A stretch of DNA of 63,673 nt, filler included, from Octopus bimaculoides (GCF_001194135.2; 11 parts of 11 records of this genome joined end to end with filler, not necessarily neighbours in it); one strand, 5' to 3'; shown: positions 10,373-23,046, counted from the first letter of the whole stretch. Made by a program: numbers and translations. Notes: generated by a model not told the origin, from the letters alone.

Positions 10373-12456
10373 AACAACAAACAAGATATAAATAATGTAA
10401 ATTATGTACATAATTCCTCATCTCTTAAATATAGAACAGAAGTTATATTGTTCTCATAGTCACATTTTCCTATTTATAGTTTTAGTCAGAGAAAACAGAA
10501 ATCAATAAATAATTTCAGCCAGCTACTTTTTCCTCCATAACTAAATGCCAGCTTTCGATACAAAATTGTATTAATGAAGAAGAAAGTGGGGGAAATGGTT
10601 TCTGCAGATGGAACTCTCAATCATATAGCTGCTCATTTGGCAAATTATTTCTTGAAATTATAGTCTGATCTCATGACTTGGATCAGGCAGAAACCACAAG
10701 GTTATCATATTGAGGTTGGTGTATTGGTAGAGGAGAACTTTCCACCCTTTCGAGAGGTGTGTGTAGTGTGTGTGTGTGTCTNNNNNNNNNNNNNNNNNNN
10801 NNNNNNNNNNNNNNNNNNNNNGGGAGATTGATTTCCTATTTAAGTTGCTTCTGTTTCTTATTTTATCAACTGGAAGACATTTTCTGCCAGATGACTCCAT
10901 TGTATTGCTGTTATATCTAATAATACGCAATCCTACATTAATATTTCCACTGTTCCTCTCCTTAAATCTTGCTGTTCAACAGGCAACCTACACAACTTCC
11001 ATGAATATAAACCTTTATAACCACTTTTCAATGGAGACATTAGCCCTAGATTCAAGAACAGATATATAACCAATACACAAGCAAACAGTCTTACATTACA
11101 ACTATTCTCACTAATCATCAACAGCATATAATTTGATGTCCTTAAACCTGTGTATGTATATGACAATTCAGCATAGTATAATGTAATATAGAATGAGTGT
11201 GAGAGTAAGACCTCAATTTAGAGAGAGAGAAAGAGAGAGAGACTGAATGTCTTTGTAAAGAAAAATTAATTGCTTTCTTCATTTTTACCCAAGATGAAGA
11301 GTCTAGCTGAAGATGTAGGTACACACACATACACTGGTTCAGTAAGTAATAACTATTCTTCAACAAACTACAAGGTATTACAATTAGGCCAGTGCCATTG
11401 ACTGCTAGCATTTACTTATTTAACTCAAAGCTAAAACAAGTAACTTACACCACATTATATTCTACAAGGCTGGTGGGCAAATGGGAGCCTCCTACTTGAA
11501 ATACTGAGATCACTAATTAAAGTTGGCTTCCCTACTCTAAGATTTTGGTAGAATTTCATAAATCAAGTGATTGCCATTCTAACTCTTTTTCCAATCTCTT
11601 TAAGCAGAAAAGTGCAAGTGACAGAGTGGTGTGGGCTTCTGTTGATTAATAAATTATTCTGAATATAGAGTTGGTTACTAGGGAGATGGTACTGGCACCA
11701 GGGATGAGACGGGAGAGTAGCAACAGTAGCAGACTTAGTAGAAAGTTAGGAGTGTGTGAGTTATCTGATTAATATCATGTGAAACATAAAAAAGCAAACA
11801 TGCTTGCTATGCAGTATACCTCCAATCAGAACTTGAATAACAAATTATAAAAAAAACAAGAAGCAACAAACAAAATAACAAAAGACTGTTTTTTCTTTTT
11901 GTCAATGGGGAAAATCAGAAAGAAAAAAAGTGAAGATACAGTGGAATGAAGAGAAGCAACATTGAGAAAAATATCTGTTGTAGTTATGTAAAATAAGGAA
12001 TGTAAGTTGTGAGAATGTATAATATTTTGCACTACCATTTCAAGTACCATAGCTACTTTAGCGTATTGTAGGAAAACAAGCAACTAGTACATTATTTCAC
12101 CACAGCAGTATGTAAAAGCGTGTGTTCATGTGCACACATGCACATGGTATTGTTTTTGAGTTCTTTCTGCTATGTTCTCTGCTACCAAGGTAGTTTCATA
12201 ACTCTGTATGTTGATAATTACTAGTTTCAGATGTAAACTATAAGGCAATTATGTCCAAGCAAATGATTATGATATGCATCTTGCTAACAGTAACATTTCC
12301 GCACAGAAGGTTTCCTGGCCATCTCTTATTCTATTAAAAATAGCAACAACTGACAACTCTCAGCAGATGAAGCTACAAAAACACATAAAAGAATAGAAAA
12401 AACATAGCAACACAGAAATGACATCCCTCCTCCTTCTACATGCTCCTACCATAAAT

Positions 12457-12476
12457 TATATATATATGTATATATG

Positions 12477-12564
<88 letters not shown>
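12457..12564. repeat. (TA)n microsatellite
   Basis: Direct reading. Confidence 0.95.
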
Positions 12565-12569
<5 letters not shown>

Positions 12570-12744
12570 TAGTTTCAGTCTGAGGATTGCGGCCATGCTT
12601 GGGCACCACTGTTTACTTTGCTACATTTTCACTAAACCTCCTCTGACAGGTGATGTTTGGTGGATGAAGGAGTTTGACGTTGCTTCTCCAATCTGTTTCT
12701 TGCCTTGAGGTAGGTCCATCCAGGACTCTTTACAGAATGAGATC

Positions 12745-13335
12745 CATTTTTTTTTAAAAAAAAAAGCCTACATCCACACTATGCTTTGTGGGAGGATATT
12801 GAAGAGCTGTACACCTTTGAAGCTCAAATAGTTGCAGTACCTGGTCCTGTGTTATGATGGCAATGTTGGGATTTTTGGTACTATGCAGTGATACCCTGTC
12901 CTCTGGTTTGTGTAACTGACAACACCAAAGTTTGGTACAAGTTCTACTGGGATTTTCCAGATGTATATTACTGCATATGTTTCCCACCTTCGCTGCAGAG
13001 GTAGAGTCTTAATTCTTTCAGTCTCTCCCAGTAGCTGATATGTTGTACTGTGCTGATCTTCATTGCATATATTCACTGGATCGCCTCAATTTCCATTGTT
13101 AATTTTACACGATTTGGTGACCACAGTTGAGAGTAGTAATCCAGATAGCTGAGGATGAAAGTCCTCCAGAGGACCATCATGGTTTCTTTTACTCTAGTTT
13201 TGAAAGTGTGAGGGATTCATCTGCCCAAGCAGATGCACTTTATCGCCAGCTTGGTAATATACACCTAGAAAGATGCATCATTATTCATGTCAATGCCCAG
13301 TCATGCACTGATTTTGATTCAGCTACTTGAGCAGG
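12745..13335 (-). mobile_element. CR1/L2-group LINE ORF2 C-terminal fragment
   Basis: Minus strand reads FKTRVKETMMVLWRTFILSYLDYYSQLWSP...SYWERLKELRL-LQRRWETYAVIYIWKI...VPNFG...FKGVQLFNILP. Confidence 0.8.
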
Positions 13336-13374
13336 TGGAGGCATGTCAGAGAAAGCCACTATGTGTGTGTGTGT

Positions 13375-13419
<45 letters not shown>

Positions 13420-13591
13420 CATACATACATACACACACACATATATACACACATACATATATACAAAATATGGAGGTCTAGTTCACAGGTGATCCAAACG
13501 ACTATGCTGGGTAAGTGCTCTAACAGATTACCAGGGCTCCAAGCTCATAGCCGAGACGGGAGTTATGGAACCATTGCATTATACACACACA

Positions 13592-13930
13592 TACTATGGA
13601 GGTGCAATGGATCGAGGTCATAGGATCGCAGTTTCAATTCCCAGACTAGGCGTTGATTGAGCAAAAACACTTAAGGCACCATGAGACTCCGGCAGGTGGT
13701 GGTGGCGAACCCTGCTGTACTCTTTCACCACAACTTTCTCTCCCTCTTTCTTCCTGTTTCTGTTGTACCTGTATTGTTACACCCTGTCACACTGAATCTC
13801 CCCGAGAACTACATTAAGGGTACACATGCCTATGGAGTGCTCAACCACTTGCATGTTAATTTTACGAGCAGGTTGTTCCAATAATTGGATCAACTGGAAC
13901 CATCGTCATCGTACCCAATGGAGTGCCGTA
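13592..13930 (+). mobile_element. SINE family D copy (tRNA head, tail GATCAACTGGAACC...GGAGTGCC)
   Basis: Head shared with 44519-44633; tail shared in reverse with ~46650-46720. Confidence 0.65.
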
Positions 13931-14986
13931 GTAGTATATATATATATATATATATATAAATATATACAAATATATACACACACATATATTATTATAAACA
14001 ATAATATCCTCATATATATTTAGATAACTTTTATTCACATAGATCAGGTTTTTTAAATTTGCTGCGGTAATAAAAAGTAATCACCATACAAATTGGTTGA
14101 GATGAATAAATTCTATAACCCTGGGGTCAATAAAACTCGCTGAAGATGAACTTAGATTATTTCTCAAAATTCAAAATCAATGTGATACAGATATGTCTAA
14201 TATTTTCAATTTTCAATTATTTCCATCATTGGTATGGGTTCATAAGATATTTATTCACTTGCTTGCTTTCATCTGTGTGTTTAAGTGAAATGCTGTAGTT
14301 TGGCAATTATGACTACTATATTTGGCATGCTGCTACTACCCGTAAATACCCTTAATTATTACTTCATAATTTTCTACCATGTATAAATGTTTATACATAT
14401 ACAAATATATATACACACATATATATAAATATGCACACACAAACGCACATATAAACAAGTCTTCGCAAACTGAGTTTTTCCAACTATTATCTACATGGAT
14501 TACCATTTAACTTTAAAAGCTCAAAGACAATATTGGTTATTTTTTAATAGATTATTTTTTTTATATATTATTTTTTACTTTTTTGTAAAAAACATTTTCA
14601 TTTTCCCTTTACTTGAAAATTTGCCATGCAATGAGAGCTGGTTAGAAATCTATATTAAAATATGCTTTCAGTTTAGCATTCTGCCTTACTATTATTTTTC
14701 ATTTTCCTATATATATATATATATATATNNNNNNNNNNNNNNNNNNNNNNNNNNNNNNNNNNNNNNNNNNNNTTAATTAATTAANNNNNNNNNNNNNNNN
14801 NNNNNNNNNNNNNNNNNNNNNNNNNNNNGCAAAAATGAGTTTTATAAATATATTAAACATGTCTATATTGTATTAAGTGTGGATGTAAGTCCAACCTACC
14901 ACTGCAACAAGTATTAAAAAAAAACATTAAACTCGCAAGCATCCACACAGATGTTCACCACTGTATACATAATCACGCACATGACA

Positions 14987-15038
<52 letters not shown>

Positions 15039-15310
15039 ACACACACAAAGTTTAATAGATTAGAAAAATCGAGAGGATGAAGGGAATGGAATGCACGCCA
15101 TCATGGATTACATCACAGACTGTAGGTAAAGAGCTCGGATAAATTCTAAGAAAACCGCAAAATACAAACAAACAATTATGCAATTTATCACTGAGTTGAA
15201 TGCAGAAAAAAATAAAGAAGAAAATGAAATAGACGCTTCGGCATAAGTAATTTATCAGAAAACGTATTCTAGTATGGAAAAATGAGAGAGGCGATATTCT
15301 CGTTTTTCAG

Positions 15311-15360
15311 AAATTTCAGATGCAGTGTTTCAGTACCTGACAGGAATTGAAGAGGTTCTG
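15311..15360 (+). CDS. Candidate isolated 50-nt coding exon, gene unknown
   Basis: CTCGTTTTTCAG acceptor and GTAAGC donor; open frame xISDAVFQYLTGIEEVL in non-repetitive sequence; no family recognised. Confidence 0.35.
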
Positions 15361-15775
15361 GTAAGCCAAAGTGTAGCATTGAATTAATTTAGAGATAGAA
15401 ATTTTGTTTTCGAAACCAAATTATTGATTCGTTTCATTACCTGGTTATTCTTATGTAAGAATACCTGGTTATTCTTATGTAATACCAGCATGAATAAAAT
15501 TGTCGTCATGTTTTGTACTTCGTCTTTCGATATTACTCCATATTGGATATTGTACATATTCCAAGCTTTAAAATGTAACAGAATTAAAGAGAGAGAAAAA
15601 AGAGCACGAAATAAAAGGAATGAAAAGAACGTACCCGAATATAACTGAAATATATGTGTGTATATGTGCATACAATCTTTTATATATGCACATATATATG
15701 TATGTGTGTGTATATGTACGTACATTACACACACGCACAGGTATATGTGCGTAAGTGTGTATGGGCACGCATATG

Positions 15776-15814
<39 letters not shown>

Positions 15815-15842
15815 CTATCAATCTATATACCTATCTACTTGC

Positions 15843-15876
<34 letters not shown>

Positions 15877-16321
15877 CGTTATATATATGTATATATGTAT
15901 ATTATATATATGTATACATATATATATATATTATATGTATATATACATATATATATTATATGCATATATATAAATATAGGTGCACACACACATATATACA
16001 TAAGTATGTATGTATCTATATACGTATATATACATGTACGAATGCATAGCATAAAATACTGAGAGAAAATAACCAAATTTTTGTTTTTAAAGATTTTTCT
16101 ACACGCAAGGTCGCCTGTATAAAAAACATAAACGGGTGAATGATAAAAACACATCTGAACATATCTAAAAAATATATATTTATATTTTTTCCTCACGAAT
16201 ATTATGAATGCAGATAGATAAGTGCGGACATATACACTTGCTCATATCTCTATATCCAGACATATATTCATATCTTAATATTCATATATGCGTAATATAA
16301 TGCCGCATAATACACACATGT

Positions 16322-16356
<35 letters not shown>

Positions 16357-16592
16357 CACACATACAAAACATTACCCACACACATNNNNNNNNNNNNNNN
16401 NNNNNNNNNNNNNNNNNNNNNNNNNNNNNNNNNNNNNNNNNNNNNNNNNNNNNNNNNNNNNNNNNNNNNNNNNNNNNNNNNNNNNNNNNNNNNNNNNNNN
16501 NNNNNNNNNNNNNNNNNNNNNNNNNNNNNNNNNNNNNNNNNNNNNNNNNNNNNNNNNNNNNNNNNNNNNNNNNNNNNNNNNNNNNNNNNNNN

Positions 16593-16625
<33 letters not shown>

Positions 16626-17182
16626 TCATCAGTTGTCGTCTGTCCTTCAACTCCTTATTTCGAGCAATATACATTTTTTATACATTTTTTATACATTAAT
16701 TATAATTTGTAAATATATTTTGAGAATGACTTTAAAATGTCGCTAACTTCCTGTTGCAATGCGGTTTATATATTTGAAGTTGTTATCGAAAGACTTCATG
16801 TATGTGGCCATTGTTTTACATTCAGCTAAATAGTGTTTTGCTCTTAGTTTTCTAATTCACGTTGGATACAAAATTTACCACTTGTCTGCATTTATGTGGC
16901 TTAAATAGTTTCCTATTTGTTCATTCATTGTTTAATCTAGGATTTTATTTCAACACGTATGGATTCGGTTATATTTTGTCTGAGGCTTTCAGTAAGTTTT
17001 TATCCAATAGACTGAGGATTGTGTGTAATTGGACTTAGTATTTTTATATGCCGTTCTATAAGATATACAAGTTCAGCGGCTTTATTAAGATTTTCAGTAA
17101 AGCCCATTATTCAAGTTGGTAATAAGTTTGTAGACTTATAATACACATGACATCCTAACCACTAGGTCATGTGTAGCCTAAT

Positions 17183-17390
17183 AGTTAGAATCATACACTC
17201 ACGATCGTAAGATAGTGGTTTCGATTCCGAGAATGAATGTCTTGTGTTCTTGAGCAAAATACTTCATTTCAATTTTCTCTTGTCCATTCGGCTGTATATG
17301 GTGCAATCAACTGTAAATGAGCGACCCTGCAACGGATAAGTGTTAAGGTCAGGGAGGGGAGATGTTGTGTTCTTGGTCACTGGTCACTTA
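17183..17390 (+). mobile_element. SINE family C copy (tRNA head plus CTTGAGCAAAACACTTCATTTC core)
   Basis: Colinear with 23047-23283 and 52605-52855. Confidence 0.65.
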
Positions 17391-17461
17391 TACGCCGTGA
17401 AATCCGGGTAACTGGTCCCAGGGTTCAAAGAACTTGAGACAATAAAGTCCAAAGGTTCATC

Positions 17462-17622
17462 ACGACGACCATGATGGTGACGATGATGATGATGGTGATG
17501 GTGATGGTGACAACGACGACGACCACGGTGATGATGATGATGATGATGATGATGACAACAACGACGACGACGATGACAATGATGATGATGATGACTATGA
17601 CGATCATGAAGATGATGATGAT
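17462..17622. repeat. (GAT)n/(GAC)n trinucleotide tract
   Basis: Direct reading. Confidence 0.9.
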
Positions 17623-17904
17623 ATGTAAATACGAGCAACAAGTCACCGATTAAAATTTTACAAGGCAAGGCCGCAGTTCAATAACAGTGACAAGTAAAAG
17701 TACAAAAGAATCAAGGAATAAAGAATGTTTTCCTGCTTAAAAATCGATCTAATTTATTCAGTCAAAATTTACAAATAAATTTTGATTTCAAAAATATGTA
17801 AATATTCGCTTTACATAAAAATTGTTAATGTCTAAAATTTTCTGATAGTTTTAATTCTTAAGATGTGAATATTCGTTTTATTTGAATGCTAAGTGATTTT
17901 TATT

Positions 17905-17953
17905 AGAGGGAGAGGAAGAGAAAGAAGGAGAGAGGGAGAGGCGAAGAGAAAAT

Positions 17954-17984
<31 letters not shown>

Positions 17985-18002
17985 GGGGGAAGAGAGACAG
18001 AC

Positions 18003-18048
<46 letters not shown>

Positions 18049-18049
18049 G

Positions 18050-18101
<52 letters not shown>

Positions 18102-18128
18102 GACAGACAGACAGACAGACAGGCAGAT
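17905..18128. repeat. (GA)n-(GATA)n-(GACA)n compound microsatellite
   Basis: Direct reading. Confidence 0.9.
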
Positions 18129-18689
18129 AAAGAAATAGTTATTGAGAGGAGTTTGTTAATGTAGTGAGTTTGTGGTGAGGTGTTTATAAAGTGGGAGATG
18201 GGTGTGAGTATCTGCTTTATTCATTTCAGCAAACAAAACACAGGGGATCAGGCATTTAAGATTCTAGAAGTTGTGGCCGTAGGCTATTTTTGTGTGGTAG
18301 AAATCGCTTTGCAAAGAAATAGCGCGAAAACGTAATAGCTGGAAGCTACATCGGGAGAAGCTGAAAATTAGAATAAAGATATAAAAAAAATTGAAATTAA
18401 ATTAAAATATAATTAGAAGAGAATGAAAGGGAGCGTATGTATATCATCAATCAGTTTTATTTCTGTATTTCTTGTCCATAGAGAAAGAGCCGGACTCTAA
18501 CATAGATTCAAGGCTCCTTCATTGGAACTTTTATCAACATCATCTAGGTATTTGTGCATATGTGTGTGTGTGTGCAGTATTTGGTGTTAGTGTATGCGCA
18601 GATTTGTATGTTTGTTTTATGGATGCGTTTTTATGTCTAGATGCATGAATATATATTTATGTGCTAAATGTTTGGAAAGTTTTACATAT

Positions 18690-18868
18690 CTTTATGTATG
18701 TATGTATGTATGTATGTATGTATGTATGTATGTTTGAATGTATGTATGCATGTATGTGTATGTGCATATGTGTGTATGTATGAATGTGTGTATGTATGTG
18801 TATATGTATGTATGTGTATGTATGTAAGTTTGTGTGTGTGTCTGTCTGTATGTGTGTATCTGTGTATG

Positions 18869-18899
<31 letters not shown>

Positions 18900-19166
18900 A
18901 TATGTATGAACGCATGCATGTACGTATATATGTATGTATGTATATATGTATGAACGCATTCATGTACGTATATATGTGTGTATGAACGTATGTATGTATG
19001 CATAAATGCATGCGTGTATGTATGTGTGCATGCATGTAGTATATATGCATGTGTGTATCGATGGCGTGATGGATGTGTGCGCTGAAGGATGTATGTATGT
19101 GCATTGTATATACATACAATGCACATACATACATGTGTTTGTGTGTGTGCGAGAGAGGGGGAGTGA

Positions 19167-19205
<39 letters not shown>
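18690..19205. repeat. (TATG)n/(TG)n compound microsatellite
   Basis: Direct reading; similar tracts at 15650-16040, 23290-23572, 26790-27160, 53365-53497 and 62808-63567. Confidence 0.9.
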
Positions 19206-19206
<1 letters not shown>

Positions 19207-19562
19207 CACTGAGTGTGAATATTTTTGGTAGAGATTCTTGGAGAGAAAGGTTGAGTATGTAACAAGTGGAATGTCTGAAGACAGAAGACATAGAAGCGAA
19301 GCAATGAAGGGGGTGGGGGAAGGAGGTGAAGGAAGGCTGAAAGAAGGAAGATACGAAAGGAATGGAGTAAGAAATGGTATTCGGTGATTGAGGGGGGGGG
19401 GAACTCAGGAGAAAAATAGGGTAAAAAAGGAATGAAGGCAGAATGGAAAAGAAAGAAAAGAATAAAAGGAAGAAAGAAAAAAAACAGATAGAATTAGATG
19501 AAAAATAGATACATAGCACCCCTCCACCGCATACATATGTAAATACACGCACACACACACAC

Positions 19563-19598
<36 letters not shown>

Positions 19599-19860
19599 NN
19601 NNNNNNNNNNNNNNNNNNNNNNNNNNNNNNNNNNNNNNNNNNNNNNNNNNNNNNNNNNNNNNNNNNNNNNNNNNNNNNNNNNNNNNNNATATATATATAT
19701 ATATAAAAACATAATTAAGGGATCAGCAACAGTTGCTTCACCACATACCGAAGTTCAGAAATAGCAGCTAAAATGCTGAAACTCCAACAGATAGCATTAC
19801 TTGTAACTCACAAAGGCAAAACAAGAAGAAAAAACAACGAAAACTAACCAGTCGTAGTTA

Positions 19861-19919
19861 ATCATAGACGCGTTTCTGGCTTAGGAGCGATAAACTCTCC
19901 ATTTCCTCATCAGTATGAT
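19861..19919 (-). ncRNA. Type I hammerhead ribozyme-like motif
   Basis: Minus strand ATCATA CTGATGA GG-AAAT-GGAG-loop-CTCC-TAAG-CC A GAAA CGCG TC TATGAT: 6-bp helix I, intact core, palindromic ACGCGT helix III, GUC triplet; one extra A before GAAA. Confidence 0.65.
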
Positions 19920-19941
19920 ATTCTAGTTGCAAATTCGACGA

Positions 19942-20070
19942 CAGGCATACCTTGGCTTAAGTCGTTTCGATTTAAGTCGTTCTCGATTATACGTCGGTTT
20001 TTAAAAGTAATATATGGAAAAATAAAATTCAAGTTAAGTCATTTTATTCGATTTACGTCTGTCCACCACA
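19942..20070 (+). mobile_element. Possible pogo/Tigger-like element terminus
   Basis: CAGGCATACCTTGGCTTAAGTCG followed by repeated TTAAGTCG/TTACGTC subterminal motifs; no partner TIR found. Confidence 0.3.
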
Positions 20071-20946
20071 AATATTGGAATCGTAAAATCGTTTTATTTA
20101 TATTCTTATAATATTAATGTAGGATATAGAATATAGAATATATTCAGTAAAATGAAATGAAGTATTGATTGTCTTAAATGAAATATTGAATATTAAGGGA
20201 CTAGTATACTTTCTTGCATTTTAGCAGTCTTCAAGGTCCCACGCTGTGACAGGAGTGCTGATCGAGAGCCTGCAAAAGTAGACACTTGCTTCAGGTACCG
20301 CACAATGGGATTGAACCACGAACCACGTATTTGGGAAGCAAACTTTTTAACCACAAAGCCACGCTTGGTGAGTGTTCACATACAGTTCGATATTGAATAA
20401 ATATTAATCAATGATAGTTGCAAAAATTGGAAATGTAAAGCTGAAATTTATCTGTTGCCTGGTGCGACATTAGCAGACAGGAAATGTTAAACGTTTTCAA
20501 TGTAACGTTTGGACCATTTCAGATATTTTTTCCCAACTCACTGAGAAATTTTCTAAAAATTTGCGCGCATTCATTCGTTTATTTATTTATTTATTTTATG
20601 CATTGATCACTATTAGTTTTATAATTTGTTTTGGTGATTGTCGATCCAGCTAGTAGCAAAACTATGTTTCTCCTGCTTAATATCTCAGTGGTATAATCAA
20701 GTAATGGAGTTCTATTTTCATTAGTGTAAAATTTACTGCTTACACCTCATTCTTTGCTCGTTACGTGAGGTTTCATCTGCCTACGGAGCGTCAGCGAATT
20801 GTTATCTTCTACTTCTCGCCTCCAGAGATTAAATGAGTTTCCAGATTAATGGGAATTGTATTTTTAGACTATATACACACACATACGTATATGTGTATGT
20901 ACGTATGTATGTATGTATTTATGTATGTATATATAGATATATATCT

Positions 20947-21281
20947 CTTTTACTCTTTTACTCTTTTACTTGTTTCAGTCTTTTGACTGCGGCCATGCTG
21001 GAGCACCGCCTTTAGTCGAAGAAATCGACCCCAGGACTTATTCTTTGGAAGCCTAGTACTTATTCTATCGGTCTCTTTTGCCGAACCACTAAGTTACGGG
21101 GACATAAACACACCAGCATCGGTTGTCAAGCGATGTTGGGGGGACAAACGCAGACATACAAACACACACACACACATACACATATATATACACATATACG
21201 ACGGGCTTCTTTCAGTTTCCGTCTACCAAATCCACTCACAAGGCATTGGTCGGCCCGAGGCTATAGTAGAAGGCACTTGCC
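20947..21281 (-). mobile_element. SINE family A copy, CpG-intact
   Basis: GACTGCGGCCATGCTGGAGCACC...GACCCCAGGAC...GGTCGGCCCGAGGCTATAG; truncated by the linker gap. Confidence 0.8.
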
Positions 21282-21381
21282 NNNNNNNNNNNNNNNNNNN
21301 NNNNNNNNNNNNNNNNNNNNNNNNNTTAATTAATTAANNNNNNNNNNNNNNNNNNNNNNNNNNNNNNNNNNNNNNNNNNNN

Positions 21382-21440
<59 letters not shown>

Positions 21441-21943
21441 TCTGTATCTATCAATAAATCTATCTATTTATCTACCTACCGTTTACCTTCCTGTCTCTGC
21501 CACTCTCTCCCTCTCCCTCTATCTATCTATCCATTTATCTATTTATGTATCCACCTGTCTGTCTGTCTCTTTCCCTCCCCCTCTCTCTCTATCTATTTAT
21601 CTATCTACCTACCTATCTGTCTTTAGTTCTCCCAATCTATATATGAGTGTGTATGTGGGTGTGAATGTCTTTGTACATGTGTAAGTGCGTAAACATCTTG
21701 TGAATGTGTGTGTTTGTGTTTCTGAGTGTTATACAAATTGAAGTATCTTTCCTTGAAAGACTTTCTACAGTTTCATATGATTTGTATGTACTTATATTTA
21801 TCGTTATATGTTTAGACTCAGAACAGGTTTACATTCAAGGACATCTGTTTGAAGGCCTTATACTACTGATCTTGGAGGTATAATTTTTGCAATCGAGCCC
21901 TCGAAACAGAATATTTAATAGCTGGATACTTGCTATAAGGTGG

Positions 21944-22027
<84 letters not shown>

Positions 22028-22245
22028 TCTCCCTCTCTCTCTATCTCTCTCTCTCTATCTCTGGTCTATGTTAACTTATTGCTGCAGCATTAAATATACA
22101 CATAGATGAAATAAATATTTGTTGAACATTGTACCGAAACGTAGCGTTTTAAATTTCAGTACGATGTGCACATTCTAGTTTGCTCCGATTTGCGATTTGG
22201 AACGGAGTACATTCATATATATGTGAGTGTGTGTATTCTTTATTC

Positions 22246-22468
22246 CTTTGTTCTTTTATTTGTTTCAGTCATTTGACTGCGGCCATGTTGGAGCACCATC
22301 TTTAGTCGAGCAAATCGGACCCAGGACATATTCTTTATAAGCCCAGTACTTATTCTATCGGTCTCTTTTGCCAGCATGTAAACATACCAGCATCGGTTGT
22401 GAAGCGATGTTGGGGTGGACGAACACAGACACAGACACACACACTCACACACATACACACACACACAT

Positions 22469-22519
<51 letters not shown>

Positions 22520-22677
22520 CGACATGGCTTTCAGTTTCCACCTACCAAATCCATTCACTTGGCTTTGGTCAGCCCGAGGCTATGCTAGAAGACACTTGCC
22601 TAAGGTTCTACGAAGTGAGACTGAATCCATAACCATGTTGTTGGGAAGCAACTACTTACCACACAGCCATTCGTGCA

Positions 22678-22678
<1 letters not shown>
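22246..22678 (-). mobile_element. SINE family A full-length copy with internal (CA)n(TA)n
   Basis: Tail, core and head all present; a + strand partial copy follows at ~22724-22895. Confidence 0.75.
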
Positions 22679-22724
<46 letters not shown>

Positions 22725-23046
22725 TTGATAACCGGAGTTGGTGCGTTTGCATCGCCGTAACTTAGCAGTTCTGCAAAACAGACCCATAAAATAGTAGCAG
22801 ACTTAAAACATACGTACTTAGTGCGATTTATTCGACTAAAAAATTCAAAGTAATGCTCCAGCATGGTTGTAGTCTAATGATTGAAACAAATAAAGGAAAA
22901 AGAGATTATCTAAAATAAAGAATGAAAAATTATATCTCTTCAAAAATTTATACATTAAAATAATTTCTTCATGCTACATTCCGACACGTGTTTCTGCTGG
23001 ACAATTGTTCGTATCCCGTTTCTTTTGCGCTATATATATATGTGTG

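Larger units (their letters stand above)
9720..10437 (+). mobile_element. Penelope-like element 3' end: GIY-YIG endonuclease plus pLTR-like 3' region
   Basis: CVHSIPCSCGRLYTGETCYPLKIRVDKHRKAV...SGIADHVW...WDEVKII...RKLKQA (within ORF 9696-10112) is a degenerate PLE GIY-YIG with CCHH; hammerhead downstream. Confidence 0.88.

Noticed and set aside
10865-12360. Several AG acceptors tested as helicase exon 3 (ending near 10889, 10982, 11468, 12190 and 12229)
   Set aside because: Phase-1 frames hit stops or lack any DExH motif.
15438-15482. 24-bp tandem duplication TACCTGGTTATTCTTATGTAAGAA
   Set aside because: Simple slippage duplication with no further structure.
17384-17668. Poly-His, poly-Met and poly-Asp ORFs (also 42087-42519, 37442-37856, 31007-31343, 56063-56287)
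   Set aside because: Trinucleotide arrays with no splice or domain support.
22976-23030. Minus-strand GAAACACGTGTC resembling a hammerhead helix III and GUC site
   Set aside because: No CTGANGA core and no helix I at the required position.
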